This document shows positions 47,010 to 58,507 of a DNA stretch of 64,000 nucleotides, piece after piece. Each line of letters starts with the position of its first letter. Within the stretch, counting starts at the first letter, position 1. The notes beneath the pieces were generated by a model. The model searched no databases. It worked only from the letters and a program-made list of their open reading frames with translations, and was not told the origin of the DNA. The DNA comes from Corallochytrium limacisporum Hawaii (lineage: Eukaryota > Protista > Pluriformea), in contig PDIP01000024.1 in NCBI GenBank assembly GCA_002811645.1, positions 32,733 to 96,732 of the forward strand, in the 5' to 3' direction. The translations under genes were made by a program, and so were the position numbers.

Positions 47010-48812
47010 ATGGGTGGACGAACAAGAGATAGAGATAGCACCCGGTCACGTGCGTCACGGGGAAAATCTCCTCTGCCTGAGCCACCTCGCACTGAAGACG
47101 GTAGCATTATCCACAGCCGTGGTACTGGTGTGGATGTGAGGGCTCACCATGGTGTAACTAGTGACCTGAGTGCGCAGGAGCAGAGTCGTAGGGAGGCGAT
47201 GGAGCGCAGCTCCAGTGTTCCCTCATTTGTCAACATTGAATCCTACCTGAGACAGGCTCGCCATGCTGAGCAAAACCCACCCATTCTCGAGTTTCGACGA
47301 ACATCTTCATTCGGACCGGAAAGGAAACACCGCATCATGCAGAGCGGCCGTAGCGTCTACGACACTATCCTATTCGAACACATTGATTCATCCACCGAGG
47401 ATGAAGACTCTGAGTACTCCTACTACCTGGATGCCCCTGAGACTCTCCGCAGCCACAGTCAGCCTGACCTGACAGAAGGTACTCCCCTGCTCGGTGAGAA
47501 TGGCAATGGTACTGCAAAGGAAAACGGACATGATCTTGAGGGCGGGGACGACCACGGGCATGGTGGAGGTGACGCACGGTTGGCTGGCACCAAAAAGACC
47601 CTCTTTGCCATCTTCAAGTCATTTGTTGGCACTGGCATTCTCTTTATTCCCAAGGGATTCTACAACGCCGGCATGCTGATGGGTATTGTTATGTTGGTCT
47701 TCATGGGTGTTGCTTCGATCTGGGGTATATTATTGCTATTGCAAACTCACCGTGAGCTGGTTGAACGCGGCACCAAAGCCTCCACATACGGTGATATCGG
47801 CAAGGCCACATACGGCAAATTTGGGCGCCGTCTCGTGAACCTGTCCGTTTTCATGACCCAGTTTGGCTTTTGTACTGCCTACTTTGTTTTCATTTCCAAG
47901 AACGTTCGTGAGGCGGTTGCTCGCTTCACGAGCTGCGGAGTTGTTTTGGAAGAATGGTGGATCATGACTGCTTTAGTCTTTGCCTTTGTGCCGCTTACTT
48001 GGGTCCGACACATGAAGTACTTTGGTCTCACTAACCTCATTGCTGACGTAATTGTCATCGGTACTGTCATCTACACCATGACCCTGAATGTTGAGATCCT
48101 TGCTGACCAAGGTCCTCAGGAGGTTCATTTGATCGAATATGGTGGTCTACTATCCTTCATCGGAACTTCGATCTATGCCTTTGAAGGCATTGCTATGGTG
48201 TTGCCCATCCAGCAGAGCATGAAGAAGAAAGAAAAAATGCCTGTTCTGATCACCAACAGTCTATTGGGTATCATGGGACTGATGATTGTGTTCGGTATTT
48301 CAAACTATCTTGCTTTTGGACCCAACCTGCGGTCCATCATCACTCTCAACCTGAACACGGGTAAGGGCGACAATCCCGTTGTTGACTTCATTCTCATAGC
48401 CTACTCTCTGGGAATTATGCTCACCTTCCCCTTAATGATGTTCCCAGCGGTGCGTATGATTGAGCGCAAGCTCTTCCCGGGCACACCTCGGCGCTCCGGT
48501 AAAAAATGGCAGAAGAACGGCGTGCGCTTCTCCGTAACTCTTCTGGCATACCTTGTAGCCTTAGTGGGACAGAGTGATGTCGATAATTTAGTTTCACTGA
48601 TTGGTGGATTGTGCTGCACACCTCTCGCGTTCTCATACCCAGCATTGTTCCACTGGAAGGTTTTCTACGATGGCAAATTCACGAAGGAAGCACTCGGAGA
48701 CATCCTATTTTTCGTATTCGGTATGGTTTGTGTTGCATTGTCTACATTCATCTCCTTCTACAATTGGGATACATCTGGCGGCGGGTTGAAGATTTGTGAG
48801 CCTGGCTTCTAG
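47010..48812 (+). CDS. Amino acid transporter, AAAP family (AVT3/4, SLC36-like, vacuolar/lysosomal)
   Basis: Long hydrophilic N-terminus with an acidic dileucine-like EGTPLL, FKSFVGTGILFIPKGF, YAFEGI..VLPI, ~11 TM helices, SGKKWQKN. Confidence 0.93.
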   Translation: MGGRTRDRDSTRSRASRGKSPLPEPPRTEDGSIIHSRGTGVDVRAHHGVTSDLSAQEQSRREAMERSSSVPSFVNIESYLRQARHAEQNPPILEFRRTSSFGPERKHRIMQSGRSVYDTILFEHIDSSTEDEDSEYSYYLDAPETLRSHSQPDLTEGTPLLGENGNGTAKENGHDLEGGDDHGHGGGDARLAGTKKTLFAIFKSFVGTGILFIPKGFYNAGMLMGIVMLVFMGVASIWGILLLLQTHRELVERGTKASTYGDIGKATYGKFGRRLVNLSVFMTQFGFCTAYFVFISKNVREAVARFTSCGVVLEEWWIMTALVFAFVPLTWVRHMKYFGLTNLIADVIVIGTVIYTMTLNVEILADQGPQEVHLIEYGGLLSFIGTSIYAFEGIAMVLPIQQSMKKKEKMPVLITNSLLGIMGLMIVFGISNYLAFGPNLRSIITLNLNTGKGDNPVVDFILIAYSLGIMLTFPLMMFPAVRMIERKLFPGTPRRSGKKWQKNGVRFSVTLLAYLVALVGQSDVDNLVSLIGGLCCTPLAFSYPALFHWKVFYDGKFTKEALGDILFFVFGMVCVALSTFISFYNWDTSGGGLKICEPGF

Positions 48813-49181
48813 ACGTAGCCGACAAATCCGTATAATTTCATACTCAATTGTATATATTAAATTCACATTCATCTGTATTACTTGACGAACTGAGTTTTTT
48901 GAAGCACCAAGTTACTCATTCGAAACTGGTGAGGGATGTATCCAATTGGCCAACTCATGATAATGAAGAAAATTGAATTCACGTACAGCTGTAAATTCAA
49001 ATCGAATTGTATTACGTAGTATAGCAAAATTCTTTGATGCAGCGAGTAGGTGGGTATGTTTAACGAATTTTACCAACACATTCAGGATTTAGATTCATCC
49101 TAGAGCACACTGTACACAATTGCCAGCTTGTGTATATAAGTTATTGTATTGGTGATAGCACATACTTGAAGAAAAAGCTAG

Positions 49182-49601
49182 TCATCCGAAAGGTGTGAAA
49201 CCCATTGTCTTGCCGAGGTCGTTCTCAGGCCCAGATGGGCTGTCGCCTGTATCATCCTTGTCGATACAATCCTTAATTTCCTCTTTCCTTTGTGTTTCTT
49301 TTCTAACAACATATTTTGTGCGAAGAGTCTGCAATTGAGATTGCACATCTGCAAGAGTTGCACGTTCTATGAGATGTGATTTTCCTGTCTTTGCCATATG
49401 TGCTGGTGAACTGGTATGCTCCAACCAATTCAGAGTATCTGAAGCTTTGTACCCGCAAACAAAGCAAGTGAACGTGTCCGGGTCGATGATGCGGCCATCA
49501 ATTGACAAGGCAACATGGGTTTGGCTGGTGTCCTGGGCCGGTATGTTGCCGCTGGAAGGCACAGTGACCCATTTCTTCCGCCCGTATTCGTCGCGTTCCA
49601 T
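49182..49601 (-). CDS. SNU23: U4/U6.U5 spliceosomal B-complex zinc finger protein (ZMAT2/Snu23)
   Basis: GRKKW N-terminus, matrin-type zinc finger CFVC...HTSSPAH, ERATLADV, C-terminal MGF..FG. Confidence 0.85.
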   Translation of the reverse strand: MERDEYGRKKWVTVPSSGNIPAQDTSQTHVALSIDGRIIDPDTFTCFVCGYKASDTLNWLEHTSSPAHMAKTGKSHLIERATLADVQSQLQTLRTKYVVRKETQRKEEIKDCIDKDDTGDSPSGPENDLGKTMGFTPFG

Positions 49602-50579
49602 GGTAAGGCTACGTCTGTGATGTGTACACTACAGTGCAGATACGTTCTGCCTCAAGGAACGCATGATGCCGTACATGACTTCCTAATAGAGGCTGCACAG
49701 GTCACGCATAATTTGGGATGTACGAAAGAAGTGCACCTGAAATCTCCTTTAAACCCTATTGACGAACAACAAATCTGCTGTCGGCTGCTGTGGGTCTGCT
49801 GCAGTATGTTCCAGCCATACCTATGAAGAACCTGCTTCAAATGTTGTGTGTTGCGTATGGTTGCAGATCAGAACAATTTTCCCCAAGACCGCAAGCTGGT
49901 TTGGCTATGGCCCTGCTACATGCGCTGTAGGGTGCGACTTCCGCAGCGATCGGTCTCACAGGACCTCTTGGGGTTGGTTTATCGCCCGTGGTTCTAGGTA
50001 GTCCGTTGCCGTTCAGGCGCTATACTCTGACATCTATGTCGTGATCTGTACAGACATTTTCTTAACACTGTGCATTCAACATAGCATGCAAGCACGACCC
50101 CGCAAGCCCGGGCTGATATCAAACCCCTTCGCTCTAGCTGGGCTCTCCCCCTGTTGGTCCCGTTTGGCCAGGCCACAGCTAAGGGAAGGAGGGTCAATGG
50201 GCCGCGCACCCTGGCTCGCTGGTTCTATGGTAGCAATCCTACCGTGTGGGGGGGTTGACCGAAATTTCCCGACCTCGCGTGTGCCCTCGTTGCGTTTACG
50301 GCGATGCCCTGAGGAGGATAATGGAGGGGGCGGTTCCGTGTGGGGGTCAAAAGGCACACACCCTCCCCTTGCTAGCGTGTGGGAGAACCGGTCGATGAGC
50401 TCTGGGCTGACCAGCAACTAGTAGGCATTGGAAGAGTTCTGCCAAGGGTGCAACTTGGTTGCTATTTGAATGCTCTTTGGCTGGTATAAGATATCAAATC
50501 TTTCCTTTCAGCTGTACAGTCTTTTCTTGCAGACACCTCTGTACTGAAGAGACTCTGCTCGCAATCTAACATAGTCGGC

Positions 50580-51491
50580 ATGGAATTTTGGGCTGCTGAA
50601 GTTACAAAAAATGAGGTGGAAGAGTGGGCTCCTGAGGGCGAAGTTTGCCTGAACCTTAAGGGTGCCGCTCTGCTTCCGTCCAAGAGCTCAAAAGGAGCTA
50701 CTGCGACTTCCTCTGCCTCCTGCTACATTTTTGCGGAGATTCCGGACTTTGACCTCATGGAACAGGATGACTACGAGGTAGATCCCGAAGATCCTCCGGT
50801 TAAGAAGTTTTGTATTGCGGTCATGTCTCAGGGTAAGACCGATTTTATTAACCTCGACCTTACCTTTGCTGGTCCGGTCCGCTTTCGTGTTGAAGGTGGC
50901 AACTGCAAGGTGCATTTGAGCGGCTTCCTGGCCCTCCTCCCGGAGCTGGACGATGATGACGAAGAAGACTTCTACGGAAACGATGACATGTACGATGACG
51001 ACGTGGACGAGGAGGCACTGCAGCACCTAATGAACGGTGGGGCATACGACGACGATGATGACGACGACGATGATGATGACGACGACGATGACGATGACGA
51101 CGACTATGGACCTCGCATCATGGAAATGAAGGAAGACGACGACCAGGACGAAGAGGACAGTGACGAGGATGATAGTGAATACGAGGAGCAGGGCACTGGT
51201 GCACAGAAGCGCCGCCGTGTCGCACAGGCTGAAGACGACGACGAGGACGACTCTGACTCTGACTCTGACTCTGACTCTGACTCCGGCTCCGACTCTGAAG
51301 AGGATTCCGATGAGAACTCTGACACCGACGGCACCGAAGAGGAAGAAGTCCAGAAAACTTCGACTAAGCGCATGGCTAACGGATCGGTAAAGGGAACAGC
51401 ACCTCTGACATGCGGGGTCTGCTCTAAGAAAATGCAGAACCAGAAGGCTCTTGAACAGCATGAACGTGCCAAACACAAAATTGCACACTGA
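50580..51491 (+). CDS. Nucleoplasmin-like-domain protein with acidic tract and C-terminal C2H2 finger (HD2/HD-tuin architecture)
   Basis: MEFWAAEV start, NPL-type NLDLTF...F...G...VHLSG, long D/E tract, basic KRRR, CGVC-x12-HERAKH. Confidence 0.85.
   Translation: MEFWAAEVTKNEVEEWAPEGEVCLNLKGAALLPSKSSKGATATSSASCYIFAEIPDFDLMEQDDYEVDPEDPPVKKFCIAVMSQGKTDFINLDLTFAGPVRFRVEGGNCKVHLSGFLALLPELDDDDEEDFYGNDDMYDDDVDEEALQHLMNGGAYDDDDDDDDDDDDDDDDDDDYGPRIMEMKEDDDQDEEDSDEDDSEYEEQGTGAQKRRRVAQAEDDDEDDSDSDSDSDSDSGSDSEEDSDENSDTDGTEEEEVQKTSTKRMANGSVKGTAPLTCGVCSKKMQNQKALEQHERAKHKIAH
51047..51297 (+). repeat. GAY trinucleotide and GACTCT hexanucleotide coding repeats (poly-Asp, DS repeats)
   Basis: Visible gac/gat run and (gactct)n array within the HD2-like ORF. 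Confidence 0.85.
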
Positions 51492-51794
51492 GTCATATGA
51501 ACGGAATCCCAATGGAAAAGGCCAGCATGCATGGGTCATACAGTTACATTGTTCTAATGCTACGGCATTCACGACTGTGCCACGTACTCGAGATTGAGAC
51601 ATATCTATTTACATGGTGACTGCAAGAATTGGTAAAGAATTTGCGAACCACAAGGCCACATACAAACGTATACTTAGGTCATATTTTGAAATATTGCTTA
51701 CACAGTGAATGTCTATTGAAAGATGTTGGGGGATCCGGCCACTCTCTCATCTTCGTCAGCAGACTATTTCTCAAGGAATCTTTGCTCTCTTGTC

Positions 51795-52472
51795 TTATTG
51801 GTGCATCTGCATGAATTTATCCCTCTCAAGGAAAGGAGACTTCAGGAGAGGAGTGGCCATAATTCTCTTGTACTCAGCCTGTGCCTGTCTCTTATCCTCC
51901 TTCACCAAAATGTTATCCTTGTACTTACTGATCACAGGTTTCTCAGTCTCGGTCTTCTTACCCACTGAAGGTGCAGCAGTGCATGTAGGCTTCTCAAACA
52001 CCCCGCGAGCATTACCAAACTTTTGCTTGGACCGTCTGTCCTCATCCTCTTTGGCCATCTGTGCGCGAGCAGCACTATTGTCGGCCTGAATCATTTCAAC
52101 TGCACTCTCATAGGATACACCAGGAGCCCGCTCTGCACGCAAAAGGGCCAGCCTATGCACAGCCTCCTCGTTTACTGTTCGGTTGTTCTTCTTATGGTCT
52201 CTCCTTGCCAACTTGAAAACATGGTAGGGAGTCTTGAAGACGGGTACTTGTTTACCGATCAGGGATTCGGCGTACGCAGTCATTTCTCTGAACACCACAG
52301 AATTCATGGTACAACGAGCCATAGATGTGGTGAATTCGAGAGCTTCATTTATCGGAGTTCCCGCCTTTTGGAGAACCATGAGCAGGTCTGCACACTCCAA
52401 TGATGCACGCTCCCGGTCCTCAGGGGGGTATGATGCCAAGGCATCCTGCAAGTCAAGTGCTGCCTCCGACAT
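51795..52472 (-). CDS. Hypothetical protein (225 aa)
   Basis: ATG-initiated ORF with helical, charged, protein-like composition. No family recognised. Confidence 0.7.
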   Translation of the reverse strand: MSEAALDLQDALASYPPEDRERASLECADLLMVLQKAGTPINEALEFTTSMARCTMNSVVFREMTAYAESLIGKQVPVFKTPYHVFKLARRDHKKNNRTVNEEAVHRLALLRAERAPGVSYESAVEMIQADNSAARAQMAKEDEDRRSKQKFGNARGVFEKPTCTAAPSVGKKTETEKPVISKYKDNILVKEDKRQAQAEYKRIMATPLLKSPFLERDKFMQMHQ

Positions 52473-55400
52473 GACTATAAGACGCTCGGCTGTTCCGTCC
52501 CAGTGATTGGCACACTAATTTTTTCTATATGATTGAATTGACAAAGTTTCATCCTGAGTCGGGCTTTGCTTTGGAACGCCAGCTGTGCGAAATAGGTGCA
52601 CTAAAGCAATAGGAGGGGACGTACTCCTTATCTTCTAGGGCCATCGTCTTAGGGGCCCACAAGTAGGCAGAAAATATGCGTCAATCCGGTACAAGATCCA
52701 TTAAAATCGAGTGACCACGGCACTGTTCGATCCCCACTGTTAGTAACAGGGTATGAATTGTTGACGATGGTTCACTGCGAAATCAGGAACATTTGTCAGG
52801 GGGGCGGGAGCACCGGCAACGAATTGCTTCAAACCCACCCTGCCGTGGCCGCACCTTAGTAACAGGGCCCCATAGCAAGGTGAAGGAAGAGCCCCCCCTT
52901 TAGCGCCGTACTCATTATACTACCATCCCGCAGGCTTTGCTTCTCTAGCCGGCTCCGCCCACCGGAAATTTCCTAGCTTCTGCCAGCTCGAAAATTGGCC
53001 CCTAACACGACTATGAAGGGGACCGATGGTACACACGCCTGCTCCACAGCAGGTTCGACCAATCATTGGGCGCGAAATGCACAGTGTACTATTTCGGTAG
53101 TGAATGTATCAGGGGCCATATTTTCCCTCAGAATGCGTACTACTACGCAAGGTATCCGACGCAGCATACAGAATCTACTGTCAAACTGCTCTGCGGTCAG
53201 ATGAGTGCGCAACAGTCCTGCAGTGCTCAATCAGTGTTTCACGCGGATGTTTGGGAAGGGTGCAAAGTCCGTCTTCTACCCAAACGACCGTCCTCTCCTC
53301 CTACGCATCCATCTTCTGTTCTCGTCTGCGGTATGGTGCTCGAGCGGACATCTCTGCCCCTCCCTGGGCTTGGCGAGGGACAGATCACCACCGAACGGAA
53401 AAAATTCTCCCCTCATTGTTCTTCACCATAGAAAATTCTTAGAGACTGTGCTGCCCTCCCTAAATATTCTTCCATTTGTTGGGTCCGGCGTGCGTGCCGG
53501 GGTCACAGTCTGTTGGACGAGGCTACCGCTGTTTTCGAAATCTGAAACACGGCTGCGGTTCTGGAGCCGACTACCTATCCTTCTTTGCACCCGTGCATAA
53601 GTCCTGCTGCAGATTCACTCGGAGAAAACTTTTGATCTGGCCATACTGAACTGCAAAGATTTCTTCCTTCCCTACTTTGAAACTCTTAGGCAAAAGTAAG
53701 ACAATAGCCACCCTTGATGTCACTGACGATCCACTTTCATTTACTTTTGCCCCCCGGCAGCATTGTACCCAACTGCTTCTTTGGTCACCCGTATGGTATG
53801 CGACAACTCTTCGTGTTCTTCGGGGCGCTGGACGTGAACAGTGTGACAGAGATAGTTCAAAAATTCCCCAACTTATATTCATGGACTAAGAGCATGGCAC
53901 CATATAGATGCTCACAAAGGCACCGCACCGTCACAAGTTGATCCGACTGGACAGATGTTTTTTTTTCATGTAAGGAACACGACACCATGCACTCTTTGAA
54001 GGGAGTGAGCACTCTGCACCACCCTATTTCAAAGTGTCCATGTTCTCTGCATGTCCAGCTAGCAGTCGTTGCGGTCGTTTCAGACCTCATTCTTGACATC
54101 CTGGTTCACTACACACTTGTTACACCGTGCGATAAGCTAAAAGGACTGGGTTTGGTGCAGTAGTCCAGAGCCCCAACATCACAGTAAAGCACAATGAGAC
54201 CACATATTCGAATGCGCCCTTCAGGAGACCGCGCCTGTTGTTGGTGAGAAAAGTCTGTTTACATTTCTTACGTGCGCACTCACTCCAGACGAGTGAATTC
54301 CTTGTCACGCTGAATCTGGAACCATTGCTTCGCATTCCACACTTTCAACTTCAAATTTGTTTACATACCGACTTAGAAAAAGGCATTCTCATTCTCACTA
54401 CTCTCGAGCATCTCAATTTAGAGTGCATGCGGTTAGGAGAGTATTTCCTGGGCAGTTGTTCTACAAATTGGATAGTATGTCAAAGATGTAGACGGAGTTT
54501 CTTGAACTGCGCACGTGTGGCGTTTTCTCCAAACACATATACTAGGCAAAAAGAGGACATGGAGTCGAAGTTTCATATGTAGTTTGACAACTGCCACAAG
54601 TTCAAACTGCCACAAGCTCCCATAAAACGCTAGCCTCTGTTGGTGGGCCAAAGTCTGGTCGCACGACGCGTGCTCTACCGTAGACATTAATAACTGTATA
54701 AATGGTTACTGTAATTTGTTTTGTTTTCAGGTGCGCACCTCAAGGACTCTCCATGGCTGAGTGTGTGTACTCACACACTGCAGGGTTAGATTTTCTTGTT
54801 TTTTTTTTTTGTATTTGTTAATACACCCAGGGAGCCCTCGGAACGTCCAAGACCGTTCGCACTCAGTTCCGTAAACATATTTACATGTCTGTACGGCAGC
54901 GATTTGCAAATCGGTCAATCCCCCACGTCTGTGTTTGAAAGGAGCATCATGTGGTCCACAATGTGTAATGAATTCCATGTTTTGAATGGGTTCGCATTGT
55001 GATTGTCCCTTGCATAATGTTGAGTCGCTTTAGCAGGAAGATAACCTCTTTGTGACCACGGTACGAACTCTGGACGAGAGTACAATCATTTGTGGAAGCA
55101 ACAGAGTTTAAATGAAAATGTTTCGGAACGGTTTTCTCCTTCGATCTAGGAATGTATTGCTGTGTGCCCACAGAATCGGACGAAACTATGCTAGTCTCCA
55201 GGAACATATCCTTTTCTACCAGATGTATTTCACGCTTCCACTTTCAACACCCCACGTCACCTTAGACATTCAACCTCGCTGCCGTCACGGAACAAAATGA
55301 CTGGCACTGAAACACCGAAGATATTGATAAGAACTGCCATATTCAGCAACGAATCGTGTGGCAAGTCATAGAGACGCAATGGATCGTGGATGGGAAAGTC

Positions 55401-57466
55401 TTCAACGAATACATAGAGGAGTGCGTCGTCGCTCTTTCACTTCTCCCAGACAGTCATGTGCTCAGCCGATTCCAAAAACAACTGTGTTCCACGCACAAGA
55501 AAACACCACCCTCTTTCACATGGCTGGTCTATAAAGTTAAACTTAAGTATCGTTTTCATGATAAACAAAGAGGAAACTGATGCTCTGGAGTGCATCTCTG
55601 CATTGCACACAAATGCCAACGCGCACAAAGCCGAGAAAAGGCTTATGAAGGCACAGTCTATGGGAGCGACTAGCATCCAGAAGCAACGGTGTCAGCTGAA
55701 TCTTGGTAGGGCATGAAAAACAAAATCCCCCGAGGATGTATTTAGTAACGAGGCAGAGGGATCAAACCACCGAGTGCGCTTGCATCCTGGAAACGCCTCA
55801 TCTTATTCACTCACCACCAGCTCAGTCACTGGCGATGCCAGTATCTCTGATTCAAGCTGAATCCAATAGTGCGGAGATAATTTTGCATGTTGTTGTCTTA
55901 GTTCACATTCCGTATTTTCCGCCTGTTTGCAGCATCTGTGGGTGGACACGTATGCCGAAACAACAGACTACCCGGTTTAGGCCCAGCAGAAGAGGCACTG
56001 CCAAGCAACTGGACTCTAAGCTTTGAAAACGTAATCCACGCCTTGCCATTTTCATTGACGATGATGAATTATTTCCAGCAACACGGAAACATTGGGATCT
56101 GGTGTGTGTTTAGAGAGATGTCGTGACACAGTGGCACAATATGAGTTGTTTTGGGATGAAAAGCTAGAGATAGTGCCAAGGTTGCGCCTTGGCGATCTTT
56201 CCTGATATCCACAAGGACCAAACAGACATGGTCCACCAAAATCAGAAGATGTTTGTCTTTGCCATACTAAGGATTAATGGAGAGACCGCCTATGGGGATC
56301 GTCTGCAGGCCCTAAAAGAGCATGTATAGAGTGAAAAATATTCAATAGTGCACGAATATGTTCTAACTCCAACATTGGCATCCTATGAGCGGGGACCTAT
56401 CCATGTGAACACACGCACACTCAGTATATTCAGGAACACAATACCTGACTTACAGATCTATGTTTTCTTGTCTGGCGAGAGCACCATCCGCTCAGTTGCA
56501 TTTTGCTACTATGTATGCTGACCGCGAGGTGACCTAAGCCATGTGAACCATAATGCGTACACTGAAAACTGAAGCACAACGAAAGTGAAGGAACACCAAA
56601 GGGCGTGATAGGAGTGAGTGAATTGCCAAGGAATGAGAACACCATTCCACTCTTATTCCAGTCTCCTTGTTCCCCATTTGTTAACAACACCAACACGTAC
56701 GTCAATTTCGGGTGTCGTCATATCAATGTTCCCGGAGCGATGCCAAGAAGCAACTGCAAGAGAGAAGAACAGAAGGTTCCCTATCCTGCGCACGGCCCTA
56801 CGTTCTACTTTTCGCAGCACTTCCCTTGAAAGTCGTTCACTCAGGGGACCCTTTTGGCGACAAACGGGGCAATTAGATGGGTGGACAGTGGGTGGGTTCT
56901 GAAGGTCCCAGCTTCTGCGCATGTTCCATGAACACGGTTTTCTACGTATCTAGTCCGGGGAATTTTCTTCTGATGCAATATCAGGCTGTCTGCACTCCAT
57001 AACTGCGACGTTGTCAGCACTGTCTGGCTCGAGGGATTGAAAAAATAGTTCAAAGGCTATGTTGGGACAAGCCTGCCTGTGGGCGGACCGAGAACCGCGT
57101 AAGGTCAACCACCCACGCGCCCGGCCCACTACGAAATCCCAGCTGTCCGGAAATACTACAACAACAGTACTATTACTAGCTATGAAGGCGGAGCCACTCG
57201 CAGGAGAATCTGCCCAACACATGTACTCCGTGCGCGGAGGACAACGGCTGGCGAGTTATGTTTGTTTTTTTTTTTCCTTTCCTTCTGTTTTGCTTTTTCT
57301 TCAGATTGCTCCGTGGGCCTCGCCCGCCAAGTATAAAGTTTGGAAAGGGATGGTGCAACAGGAAGGGCAGAAGGCGGCCCCCGCGAGGAAGAAGAAGAGT
57401 CCGGGTGACGCAGAGGAGAAGCGGCAGCCAGTGTACTTTTCTCGGTGGGGTGTTTGGCTTACACTT

Positions 57467-57486
57467 TGTGTGTGTGTGTGTGTGTG
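57467..57486 (+). repeat. (TG)10 microsatellite
   Basis: Direct reading of the sequence. Confidence 0.9.
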
Positions 57487-57717
57487 TTCATTGCGGGTTT
57501 TCGGTGGTGGGGAAAAGTTACCTGCGTTCTCGTCAAGATTTTATTGCGAAAGCAAGTGTCACGAAAAACACGAGAGGGGGGAAACGCACGGACCGGGGGA
57601 GGGGTGGGGGGTCATGTGAAGGTTTGGGGATGGAAGCTAGCCGGATGGCGCTGAAGATAAGGGCGAGGGGTGCCACAAAATGCTGCTACACCCACTCTTG
57701 CACTGCACTCCCCCCCC

Positions 57718-57924
57718 NNNNNNNNNNNNNNNNNNNNNNNNNNNNNNNNNNNNNNNNNNNNNNNNNNNNNNNNNNNNNNNNNNNNNNNNNNNNNNNNNNN
57801 NNNNNNNNNNNNNNNNNNNNNNNNNNNNNNNNNNNNNNNNNNNNNNNNNNNNNNNNNNNNNNNNNNNNNNNNNNNNNNNNNNNNNNNNNNNNNNNNNNNN
57901 NNNNNNNNNNNNNNNNNNNNNNNN
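57718..57924. other. Assembly gap (207 N) flanked by C runs
   Basis: Run of N. Confidence 1.
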
Positions 57925-58507
57925 CCCCCCACTGCGACAACAGAATTGACGTGAACAAGAATAACGTCTTGAGAAATAGAAAATATAGAAATGATTGCAG
58001 CAGGGGAGGGGAAAGGCTGAGACCTGGGCACCACACATAAAGGAACAGAAGGGAGGGGGGAAAAGGACTGCGACTGTGTCGACAGGCAGGGCAGCGACTA
58101 ATCTTTCCATAGTCCCATTACTAAAAGGTACGGAGTCTGGATTCCAACTGAAGGGCATCGCAAGAGGAATGGGCTGTCCATTCGAGGGCTCTTGCAGTGT
58201 GACACCAGTGTGGATTCGCCCTCTTGTTTGACTGCATCTCGGCCGCGCTGTATGGGCCATTGCCTTGCAACTGCTAAAGGCATCAATCATTCTATGCATT
58301 GTTTCTTTGAACGGAATGGGAGCGCGTCAGAGTGCCCGAATGATGCTATTTGGAGGATCCCACTGTTTCAATGTAAATCCGTCAAACTACTCACGTTTAG
58401 CATTGTACTTGGTCGTGGAACAACCAACGGTGAAAAAAGATTGAAAATGCGGTAATCTGTTCTGTGACTATCAAAGGCAGACGGGACAGACCACCCAAAA
58501 GCTCACA

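Noticed and set aside
50688-51602. Antisense ORFs over the HD2-like gene
   Set aside because: Reverse complement of GAY/GACTCT repeats giving Val/Ile/Ser runs.
52964-52973. GGAAATTTCC as an NF-kB site
   Set aside because: A single short palindrome that is plausible by chance; no supporting evidence in the window.
57258-58299. ORFs spanning the N run
   Set aside because: Artefacts of translating through the assembly gap.
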